Below the pieces are notes generated by a model. It had not been told where the DNA came from, ran no database searches, and was given only the letters and a program-made list of their open reading frames with translations. Shown here in pieces: positions 40,879-48,969 of a DNA stretch of 54,981 nucleotides. Within the stretch, counting starts at the first letter, position 1; each line of letters starts with the position of its first letter. The DNA is taken from the NCBI GenBank assembly GCA_903887175.1, contig CAISOV010000083.1, positions 1 through 54,981 on the forward strand, in the 5' to 3' direction. The DNA is from an uncultured Micrococcales bacterium. GTDB taxonomy: Bacteria > Actinomycetota > Actinomycetes > Actinomycetales > Microbacteriaceae. A program made the position numbers and the translations under genes.

Positions 40879-41955
40879 GTGCAACTTTTGTGGATTCTGC
40901 CCTCACTCTCATTTGCCCTCTATGCTGGGTTCGCGCAAGGCACATGGCAACTGCTCGCACTAAGCGGTTCAAGCGCGTTACTGATTGTTCTTATAACTTG
41001 GATGCGCTCGCGCAGCAGCAACTTTGACATAAACGACCCGGTTCGGTTGAGCTCAAGCGGGGTGGCGATTGGCAATAAGGTGCTGCCAAGGCGCCAGCTT
41101 TTTTGGAAGCGCGATTGGCACCAACGGGTCTATGAGCATTGCCAATCGCTTCAGCCGCTGGGCTTTGCTTCGGCCGCGCTTGAGCGCGCTCGCTATCGGC
41201 ATTGGCAACCACAAGGCAACAGCGAGCTTGCGGCTTGGTTGGGCGTTGCGGGTCAGAGCGACTTTGAGGTCGACCTTAATGCCGAAGGCCCACACCTTTT
41301 GTTACTTGGCCCAACCGGTGCAGGCAAGAGTGAGCTGCTTAAGGCGCTTTTGCGTTCGCTGCTTCGGCCTTCGAACCACTCGAGTCTGCGCTTGGTTTTG
41401 ATTGACTTCAAAGGGGGTGCCGGTCTTGCCGATTTTGCTGAACACCCGAACACAGCGGGTCTGCTTACTGATTTGGCAGCAGAAGATCACGAGCCGTTCT
41501 GGGCAGCGCTCGCCGACGAACTGGCTCGCCGCGAGCAACTTTTTGCAGATGACAAAGTAGCCAATATTGAGACTTATCGCGCCAAGGTTGGGTCGCTTGA
41601 CCGAATCGTTGTGACAATCGACGAGCTAGCTGCCGTGCTGGCTAGCTCTCGTTCGGCGGCGGCACTTGTTGAAAATATTGCCACACGTGGGCGTTCGCTG
41701 GGCTTCAATCTGATAGCCACCAACCAGTCGCTCGTCGGCATTCCGCGGTTACTGCTCACAAATTTTCGCCTTAGATGTGCGATTGGCGAGGTCGACCCCG
41801 TTGACTTGGCACAGTTAAGCATCGGCGCAGCGGGCGTCTTGCGAAAACCATCGGCACCCGTCACGCTAACGCGCATCGAAGGATTTCGTCGAGCATTGTG
41901 GCTTGAGCCATATCAACCGCCCACCGAGTTCTGGTTTGCTGTTGGCATTGATTAG
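40879..41955 (+). CDS. FtsK/SpoIIIE-domain ATPase (EccC-like first domain) with two N-terminal TM segments
   Basis: EGPHLLLLGPTGAGKSE (Walker A), LIDFKGG, ELARRE, VVTIDE (Walker B), RGRSLG..LI.TNQ. Confidence 0.85.
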   Translation: MQLLWILPSLSFALYAGFAQGTWQLLALSGSSALLIVLITWMRSRSSNFDINDPVRLSSSGVAIGNKVLPRRQLFWKRDWHQRVYEHCQSLQPLGFASAALERARYRHWQPQGNSELAAWLGVAGQSDFEVDLNAEGPHLLLLGPTGAGKSELLKALLRSLLRPSNHSSLRLVLIDFKGGAGLADFAEHPNTAGLLTDLAAEDHEPFWAALADELARREQLFADDKVANIETYRAKVGSLDRIVVTIDELAAVLASSRSAAALVENIATRGRSLGFNLIATNQSLVGIPRLLLTNFRLRCAIGEVDPVDLAQLSIGAAGVLRKPSAPVTLTRIEGFRRALWLEPYQPPTEFWFAVGID

Positions 41956-43067
41956 CCAAGCACGGTCGCCAAGGCGTCAGCCTCGAGACCTAAGGCACTC
42001 GCAACCGCAGCATTGAGCAAGCGACCCCCGTGCGTGTTCAGGCCCAGGGCCAACGCTGGGTCTTTTTGGCAAGCGGCACGCCATCCGAGATTCGCCAATG
42101 AAAGCGCATAGGGCAGCGTCGCGTTGGTCAGCGCGTATGTAGAGGTGTGCGGCACAGCGCCTGGCATGTTTGCCACGCAATAGAAGATGCTGTTGTGAAC
42201 CTTGAAGGTAGGTTCGGCATGGGTCGTGGCGTGCGAGTCGGCAAAGCAACCGCCCTGGTCGATCGCAATGTCAACGAGCACACTGCCGGGCTTCATGCCC
42301 GCAACCATTTCGTTGGTTACGAGCTTTGGGGCTTTGGCGCCGGGAATAAGCACCGAACCAATCACGAGATCAGCCTCTTTAACCGCGCGGCCAACCTCAA
42401 AGGTGTTCGAAACGATGGTGCGCAAGCGGCCAGCATATAGTGCGTCGAGCTCACGCAAGCGTGCGAGGTTAGTGTCTAAAACGGTTACTTCGGCGCCCAT
42501 GCCCACAGCCATAGCAACCGCGTTGGTGCCTGCCACGCCGCCGCCCAAAACTGCCACGCGAGCTGGGCGAGTGCCAGGCACGCCACCGAGTAGCTGACCG
42601 TTGCCGCCGTTTTGCGCTAGCAAAGTGTTGGCGCCAACCAACACAGAGAGCCTTCCAGCAACCTCGCTCATCGGTGCCAGCAGCGGCAACGCGCGGTTTG
42701 GCAGCTGCACGGTTTCATATGCAATAGCTGTGACTTCGCGGTCGAGCAAAACGCGCGTGAGCTCTGGGTCGGCTGCAAGATGAAGATAGGTGAAAAGCAC
42801 CATGCCCGGGCGAAGGTAGTCATATTCGCTGGGGACTGGCTCTTTGACTTTAAGAATCATTTCGCCGGCGGCCCAGGCTGCTGCGGCATCAGAAGTGATT
42901 TGTGCGCCAGCGGCTGCGAACTCGCTGTCTGTGATAGCAGAACCGACACCGGCACCAGATTGAACTGAAACTTGGTGGCCAGTTGCTACAAGTTCGTGCA
43001 CCCCGGCTGGAGTGATAGCAACGCGAAACTCGTTGTTTTTGACTTCGGCGACAACTGAAATCTTCAT
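41952..43067 (-). CDS. ald: Alanine dehydrogenase
   Basis: EVKNNEFRVA, KVKEP, FTYLHLA, LLAPMSEVAGR, GGGVAG, DIAIDQGG, VANMPGAVP; GAGGAG RBS before ATG 43067. Confidence 0.96.
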   Translation of the reverse strand: MKISVVAEVKNNEFRVAITPAGVHELVATGHQVSVQSGAGVGSAITDSEFAAAGAQITSDAAAAWAAGEMILKVKEPVPSEYDYLRPGMVLFTYLHLAADPELTRVLLDREVTAIAYETVQLPNRALPLLAPMSEVAGRLSVLVGANTLLAQNGGNGQLLGGVPGTRPARVAVLGGGVAGTNAVAMAVGMGAEVTVLDTNLARLRELDALYAGRLRTIVSNTFEVGRAVKEADLVIGSVLIPGAKAPKLVTNEMVAGMKPGSVLVDIAIDQGGCFADSHATTHAEPTFKVHNSIFYCVANMPGAVPHTSTYALTNATLPYALSLANLGWRAACQKDPALALGLNTHGGRLLNAAVASALGLEADALATVLG

Positions 43068-43104
43068 TTTTTCTCCTCGCCCCGCAACTTCGCGAGGCAT
43101 ACAA

Positions 43105-43245
43105 ATAAACGATACCGCACCAAAATCGCAAATTCACTACTGATTCCGTTGCGTTTTGCGATTTTAAGAACGAAATCAGTTTCTGTTTCTAAATTCGACT
43201 AACGGATTTCGCCGTTTTGGGCTTGAAAACCTGAGTTCTGTGGCA
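43105..43245. promoter_or_regulatory. Second putative Lrp/AsnC binding array in the ald/potD divergent region
   Basis: GATACCG (43111), GATTCCG (43142), GAAATCA (43172), GATTTCG (43205); spacing 30-33 bp. Confidence 0.6.
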
Positions 43246-43327
43246 TTATTTTTTTACACGCTAATTTGTTGCGTCAGGTTGTGTTGGTCTGGTTGCTTCG
43301 GCATCCCAAACTTTTAGGAGCCCTTCG

Positions 43328-44593
43328 ATGAGCAAATCATTCTCAGAAGATCCGATGTTTCAACAAGCTTTAGCTTTTGCAAAGAGCCCAGTAACCCGCC
43401 GCACAGTTTTAGCGGGCGCCGGCGCAACCTCAATTGCTGCTTTCTTAGCTGCCTGTGCCAAGCCGGGCGGCAGCAACACCAAGACTCTGACTCCGGCCAC
43501 CGACGTGTCGGCAACCGAAAAGGTTGTTACGTGGGACAACTGGCCTTATTACATCGACGGCGAAAGCGACCAGAGTTTTCCGACCATTAAAGCTTTCGAA
43601 GCTCAGACCGGAATCAAGGTCACTTACAACATCAATGTTGACGACAACAACAGCTATTTTGCTCGCGTGAAAAACCAGTTGATGGCCGGCAAAGACACCG
43701 GTGCCGACACGATGTGTTTGACCGACTGGATGATCGCGCGTCTAATTGACAACGGTTATGTGCAGGCGCTTGACTACACAAATATTCCAAATGCCTTGCC
43801 GACAGCCAATCTAGACCCTGCTTTTGATGGTGCGGCCGGCCACTTTGGCGACTTTGACCCGGGTCGCAAATTTTCTTTGCCATGGAAGGGCATCATTGCC
43901 GCCATCGGATACCACAAAGTGAACTATAAAAAACTGACGGGCAAAGACGCACCTACTTCAGTCGCTGACCTATGGGCCCCAGAGCTCAAAGGCAAGGTTG
44001 AAGTTTTGAGCGAAATGCGCGACACCCTTGGCATCATGATGATGGCTGACGGCATCGACATCGCAAAGTTCACTTCAGACGACTTTTATAACACTCTCGA
44101 CAAGCTCAAAGCTCAGGTTGTTGGCAAGCAGATTCGCAATGTGAAGGGAAACTCTTATATCGACGACTTCAACGATGCGGGCGACGCTGTTGCTGGCATT
44201 ATTTGGGCTGGCGACTTGATCGGAAAAAACATCGAAGTTGGAAATGATAACCTCGGTGTCGTTTTGCTTGACTCTGGCTCAACTTTTGCCTGTGACAACT
44301 TTGTTATTCCAATGGGTTCACCGCATGCGGCCAACGCTGAAAAAATCATGAACTATTATTTTGAGCCTGCAGTGGCAGCCAAGTTGGCATTGGCGGGCGT
44401 GAACTATGTGCCACCGGTTAAAGGCACTAAAGAGCTCGTGATTTCGCAAAACCCAAGCTTGGGCAACAACGAACTGATGTTCCCGAGTGCAGACACCTAT
44501 AAAAACAAGTTGCACAACTTTAGGCCACTAACGCCAAAAGAAGACAATGAGTTTTCAACTGCGTGGAGCGACGTTATCAGTGGTGTGGCATAA
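43328..44593 (+). CDS. potD: Polyamine ABC transporter substrate-binding lipoprotein (PotD/PotF-like, Tat signal)
   Basis: TRRTVL Tat motif, LAAC lipobox, NWPYYID, EMRDTLG, WAGD, DNFVIP. Confidence 0.85.
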   Translation: MSKSFSEDPMFQQALAFAKSPVTRRTVLAGAGATSIAAFLAACAKPGGSNTKTLTPATDVSATEKVVTWDNWPYYIDGESDQSFPTIKAFEAQTGIKVTYNINVDDNNSYFARVKNQLMAGKDTGADTMCLTDWMIARLIDNGYVQALDYTNIPNALPTANLDPAFDGAAGHFGDFDPGRKFSLPWKGIIAAIGYHKVNYKKLTGKDAPTSVADLWAPELKGKVEVLSEMRDTLGIMMMADGIDIAKFTSDDFYNTLDKLKAQVVGKQIRNVKGNSYIDDFNDAGDAVAGIIWAGDLIGKNIEVGNDNLGVVLLDSGSTFACDNFVIPMGSPHAANAEKIMNYYFEPAVAAKLALAGVNYVPPVKGTKELVISQNPSLGNNELMFPSADTYKNKLHNFRPLTPKEDNEFSTAWSDVISGVA

Positions 44594-44595
44594 CC

Positions 44596-45726
44596 TTGGC
44601 CAACTCAGTTAAAGCTTCTTCATCGGGCGCAGCTCTCGAACTCGTCAACATTCGCAAAGAGTTCCCGGGCTTCACAGCTATCGAAGATCTCGACCTGAAG
44701 ATTAACGCCGGCGAGTTCTTTGCATTGCTTGGTCCTTCAGGCTGTGGCAAGACCACAACTTTGCGAATCGTTGCCGGTCTCGAAACTCCAACTTCAGGTC
44801 GGGTGTTTTTGGGTGGCGAAGACATTACTGACACCAAGCCTCACCAGCGCGCGGTCAACACGGTTTTTCAAAGCTATGCATTGTTCCCACACATGACCGT
44901 GCTTGACAACGTGGCTTTCGGTTTGCGGCAGCGCAAAGTTGATGAACCGCTTAAAAAAGCACAAGACGCCCTTGCTCTAGTTGAGCTCAGTCACCTCGCA
45001 GACCGCAGACCTCAGCAGCTATCGGGTGGTCAGCAGCAGCGCGTTGCTTTGGCCAGGGCCATTGTCAACCGCCCTTCGCTTTTGCTGCTTGATGAGCCAC
45101 TCGGGGCGCTTGACCTCAAGCTTCGCCGCCAAATGCAAATCGAGCTAAAGGCAATTCAGATCGAAGTTGGCCTCACGTTCTTGCACGTCACCCACGACCA
45201 AGAAGAAGCCATGGATATGGCAGACACCGTTGCGGTTATGAACAAGGGTCGCATTGAACAGATGGGTGCTCCTGAAGCACTTTATGATCGACCAAAGACT
45301 GCGTTCGTATCTAAGTTCTTGGGCCAGTCGAACCTCTTTGTTGGCGACGTCGTCGAAACTAACGACAGTGCAGTGAGCATCAACTTGCACGGCAACAAGA
45401 TCACAGTGCCGGTAGCTCGTGCCGAAAAAACTGCGGGCAAAATCGCGGTCGGTGTGCGCCCCGAAAAAGTGCAGTTTCACGAAAGCGCTCCGGCTGCAGC
45501 CGCTGGCCAAAACATCTTGGGCCCGGGCGAAATCATCGACATTCGGTTCACCGGTGTGAGCAACCAGTACCTCATCGAGATTCCGCAGGTTGGCAGCGTG
45601 ACCGTGTTCGCGCAAAACGTTGGCAAAAGCCCAGTGGTTGAGCTTGGGGCGCAGGTGTGGGTTAGTTTTAAGGTTGAGCACGCATTTGGTTTGGCAGACC
45701 TACCTGTCGGCACCGAAGAGGATTAG
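44596..45726 (+). CDS. potA: Polyamine ABC transporter ATP-binding protein
   Basis: GPSGCGKT, NTVFQSYALFPH, LSGGQQQRVALARA, LLLDEP, C-terminal TOBE domain; probable start TTG 44596. Confidence 0.9.
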   Translation: MANSVKASSSGAALELVNIRKEFPGFTAIEDLDLKINAGEFFALLGPSGCGKTTTLRIVAGLETPTSGRVFLGGEDITDTKPHQRAVNTVFQSYALFPHMTVLDNVAFGLRQRKVDEPLKKAQDALALVELSHLADRRPQQLSGGQQQRVALARAIVNRPSLLLLDEPLGALDLKLRRQMQIELKAIQIEVGLTFLHVTHDQEEAMDMADTVAVMNKGRIEQMGAPEALYDRPKTAFVSKFLGQSNLFVGDVVETNDSAVSINLHGNKITVPVARAEKTAGKIAVGVRPEKVQFHESAPAAAAGQNILGPGEIIDIRFTGVSNQYLIEIPQVGSVTVFAQNVGKSPVVELGAQVWVSFKVEHAFGLADLPVGTEED

Positions 45727-45729
45727 CGC

Positions 45730-46683
45730 GTGGCAATCGCGGGTTTCTCGGGCGGCACTGCAAAAGGCAGTTCAAAGCGCAATTCCAAAGGCGCTTCAAA
45801 AAGTGCTTTGAAGGGCGACCGCAAAGGTGCCATTGTTGCTGGCATTTTGCTGATTCCGGGCCTGCTCTATTTAGCGCTCTTCTTCTTAACACCCCTTGTG
45901 CAGCTGGTGGTCACGGCACTAGAAAGCCCAGACGCCTCGGGTGCGATTGGTGCCTATGTTTATGACTTCAACGTTCAAAACTTTGCCGATGTCGCAGTCA
46001 AATACAGCCTGCAAATTTTTCGCTCGTTTGGCTATGCGTTTCTCGCCACAATCTTTGCGCTGCTTATCAGTTATCCGTTGGCTTATTTTGTCGGCGTCAA
46101 AGTGCGCCGATGGCCGCTGCTGCAGCGCATGACGCTGGTTTTGGTCATTGCGCCGTTCTTCATTAGTTTTTTGCTTCGCACGGTTGCCTGGAAACAACTT
46201 TTGTCAGTTGGTTCGCCATTGCTAGGGGTGCTGCAGAATATCGGGCTCGTGCCTCACGACGGCTATTTCATTGGCACCCCAGCCGCCGTGGTTTTTGGTT
46301 TGACCTACAACTTCATTCCATTTATGACGCTGCCGCTTTTCACAACTCTCGAACGGCTAGATGGCCGCCTGATTGAAGCCGGCGCCGACCTATACGCCAA
46401 CCCCTTCAAAGTTTTTACTAAAATCACACTGCCGCTTTCAATGCCGGGAGTGGTTTCTGGCACCCTGCTCACGTTTATTCCGATTGCCGGTGACTACGTA
46501 AACGCCAGTCGTGACTTTTTGGGCTCGTCAGACACATCAATGATCGGCAACATGGTTGACCAAGATTTCTTGTCGAACCAAAACTACCCTTATGCCTCTG
46601 CACTTTCTGTGCTGCTCATGGCAACCATTTTGATTTTGGTGTCTATCTATGTTCGTCGCGCCGGAACTGAGGAGCTGCTATGA
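45730..46683 (+). CDS. potB: Polyamine ABC transporter permease
   Basis: ISYPLAY, PFFISFLLRTVAW, PFMTLPLF, EAGADLYA. Confidence 0.88.
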   Translation: MAIAGFSGGTAKGSSKRNSKGASKSALKGDRKGAIVAGILLIPGLLYLALFFLTPLVQLVVTALESPDASGAIGAYVYDFNVQNFADVAVKYSLQIFRSFGYAFLATIFALLISYPLAYFVGVKVRRWPLLQRMTLVLVIAPFFISFLLRTVAWKQLLSVGSPLLGVLQNIGLVPHDGYFIGTPAAVVFGLTYNFIPFMTLPLFTTLERLDGRLIEAGADLYANPFKVFTKITLPLSMPGVVSGTLLTFIPIAGDYVNASRDFLGSSDTSMIGNMVDQDFLSNQNYPYASALSVLLMATILILVSIYVRRAGTEELL

Positions 46684-47561
46684 CCTCGCTCGCTTCAAAC
46701 CCTGCTGCCTCAAACCCGGCTGCCTCAAACCCTGCTGCGCGCAATCGTCGCAAATATCGCGTCGGTGACTCGCTGCTTTGGGTCTACACCTTGTTAGCAC
46801 TGGTATTTTTGCTCACCCCGATTGTTTACACAATCGTGTTCTCGTTCAACGACTCGGTTCGTTCCAACACGGTTTGGGAGGGTTTCACGATTCACCACTG
46901 GACCAACGTTTGCGACCAGCCGGGTATCTGTGAGGCAGTGGGCAACTCATTCTTTATTGGCGGCGTCGCAACCTTGGTAGCAACCATTATCGGAACCATG
47001 ATGGCCATCGCTCTGGTGCGTTACCGTTTTAGAGCCCGCTCATTCGTTAGCCTGCTCTTGTTCTTGCCAATGGCTACCCCCGAGATTGTTATGGGTGCCG
47101 GTCTAGCCGCACTTTTCTTTTTGCTGCAGACCAATGGCCTAGACACCTTTGCTTTCGGTTACACGACGATCATTCTGGCGCACATCATGTTCTGCATAAG
47201 TTTCGTCGTGGTCACAGTAAAAGCGAGAGTTCAAACTCTTGACCCCGTGCTTGAAGAGGCGGCCCGCGACCTCTATGCCAACCCTTTCAAAGTTTTTTTG
47301 AAAGTGACTTTTCCGTTGTTGCTTCCTGGCATTGTGTCGGCGGCTTTGCTTTCTTTTGCGCTTAGTTTTGACGACTTCATCATCACGTACTTCAATAATG
47401 GCGCCACCAAGACGTTCCCACTGTTCGTCTATGTTTCAGCAGCGCGCGGAGTGCCGGCTGAGGCCAACGTTGTGAGTTCTGCAGTCTTTTTGGTTGCTAT
47501 CACGGTTGTGATAGTGATGCAGGTGGTCAGCGCCATGCGCCGCAAAAAGTACAGCGCCTAA
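46680..47561 (+). CDS. potC: Polyamine ABC transporter permease
   Basis: FSFND, PEIVMG, EEAARDLYA, FALSFDDF. Confidence 0.88.
   Translation: MTSLASNPAASNPAASNPAARNRRKYRVGDSLLWVYTLLALVFLLTPIVYTIVFSFNDSVRSNTVWEGFTIHHWTNVCDQPGICEAVGNSFFIGGVATLVATIIGTMMAIALVRYRFRARSFVSLLLFLPMATPEIVMGAGLAALFFLLQTNGLDTFAFGYTTIILAHIMFCISFVVVTVKARVQTLDPVLEEAARDLYANPFKVFLKVTFPLLLPGIVSAALLSFALSFDDFIITYFNNGATKTFPLFVYVSAARGVPAEANVVSSAVFLVAITVVIVMQVVSAMRRKKYSA
46692..46738 (+). repeat. Three 15-nt tandem repeats (ASNPA)3 at the PotC N-terminus
   Basis: gcttcaaaccctgct gcctcaaacccggct gcctcaaaccctgct. Confidence 0.9.
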
Positions 47562-47587
47562 GGCTCGCTCGATCTAGCGTTCGCGCA

Positions 47588-48961
47588 TTAGCCAAAAAGC
47601 GAAACAACAACTTTTTCAAAGTGTTCGGTGTGACGCTTGACGTCTGCCAAAGTGTGGGCTGGTGACATCAGCGCCATGTTGTGAAACGGTGTCATCAAAA
47701 CGCCGCTGTTGAGAGCGTGCAAGTGCAGGTACTGTTGCAGCTCAAAGTCATCGGCGTCGGCAGCTTCACGACCGTTGCGCGGCGCGCTTGCTCTGAAGCT
47801 GTATTCAGCGCGGCATCCCAGCTGCGAAACCTGCCAAGGCGCGTTGTATTTGTCGATAATGGCTTGCACATCGGCTGTCCAGATGTCACAAAGAGCCTCC
47901 ATGCCGACAAAAGCTTCAGGCGTTAGCACTTCGGTTAGGGTTGCGCGAACGGCTGCCATCGAAAGCGCATTGCCGGCCAAAGTGCCGCCAACACCGCCCA
48001 CGTCGATGTGTTCGAGGTGCACGCTCGCAAGAACTCGGTCAGTTAATTCTTGGCTCATTCCAAAGGCGCCGGCAGGAATGCCTGCGCCGATGGTCTTGCC
48101 CAAAACTACAGCGTCTGGTGACAGCGCGCGGCGAGCCGTCATGCCGCCCACGCCTTCGCTTAGCGTGTGGGTTTCATCGTGAATCAGCACCACGCCATAT
48201 TTGGTGGAAAGCTCGCGCAAGCCCTCAAGATAGCCCGGCTCTGGCAACACGATTCCAATGTTGGTCATCGCGGGTTCAATAAGCGCGGCAGCGACTTCGC
48301 CGGTCGCGAAGGCAGCCTCGGCTGCTGCAAGGTCGTTGAACGGCACCACGATCGTGGTTTCGGCCACGTCAAACGGCGCACCGATGTTGTTCTCGCGACT
48401 AACCGTGTTGCCGGCATCGTCAAGGTTTGCAAAAGTTTCGTCAACAGTGCCGTGATAACAAAAGTCGTGAACCAGAATCTTGCGGCGCCCAGTGACGTGG
48501 CGGGCGTAGCGAATAATGTGACGGTTAGCATCAGTTGCGGTGAGCGTGAACTGCCACTTGGGCAAGCCAAAACGTTCGGCCAAAGTTGCGGCCGCCACCG
48601 TGGCATCTGCTGTCGGCAGCATAAAAGTTATGCCTTGAGCTAGCTGTTTGGCAATTGCTGCAATTGAAGCGTCGGGCGAGTGCCCAACCATTGAGCCAGT
48701 GTCACCCAAACAAAAGTCAACATATTGAATGCCGTCAACGTCGGTGAAACGTGAGCCTTTGGCAGCAGCCACATAAACCGGATGTGGTCCTGGCCACTTG
48801 GCCATCCACGACATTGGAACGCCGTTCATCATTGGGCCCACCGCGGCAGCGTGAGCCTTCGCCGACTCTGGGTGGCTGGCAACGAACTTTGCTACCTCAG
48901 CCTCATAAAGGCGGGCTAGTTTGGCGCGGTCAGGGTAGCTCACGTTAGAGAGTTGCGACAT
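47588..48961 (-). CDS. Class III aminotransferase, GSA-aminomutase-like transaminase of unknown substrate
   Basis: GVPMSWM, DFCLGDTG, CYHGTVD, EPAMTN, IHDETHT, LGKTIGAG, GGTLAGN. Confidence 0.8.
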   Translation of the reverse strand: MSQLSNVSYPDRAKLARLYEAEVAKFVASHPESAKAHAAAVGPMMNGVPMSWMAKWPGPHPVYVAAAKGSRFTDVDGIQYVDFCLGDTGSMVGHSPDASIAAIAKQLAQGITFMLPTADATVAAATLAERFGLPKWQFTLTATDANRHIIRYARHVTGRRKILVHDFCYHGTVDETFANLDDAGNTVSRENNIGAPFDVAETTIVVPFNDLAAAEAAFATGEVAAALIEPAMTNIGIVLPEPGYLEGLRELSTKYGVVLIHDETHTLSEGVGGMTARRALSPDAVVLGKTIGAGIPAGAFGMSQELTDRVLASVHLEHIDVGGVGGTLAGNALSMAAVRATLTEVLTPEAFVGMEALCDIWTADVQAIIDKYNAPWQVSQLGCRAEYSFRASAPRNGREAADADDFELQQYLHLHALNSGVLMTPFHNMALMSPAHTLADVKRHTEHFEKVVVSLFG

Positions 48962-48969
48962 CTTTTTGC

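Noticed and set aside
40879-41955. Type VII secretion or HerA/FtsK defence locus
   Set aside because: No WXG100, EccB/D, mycosin or nuclease partner adjacent; kept only as an orphan ATPase finding.
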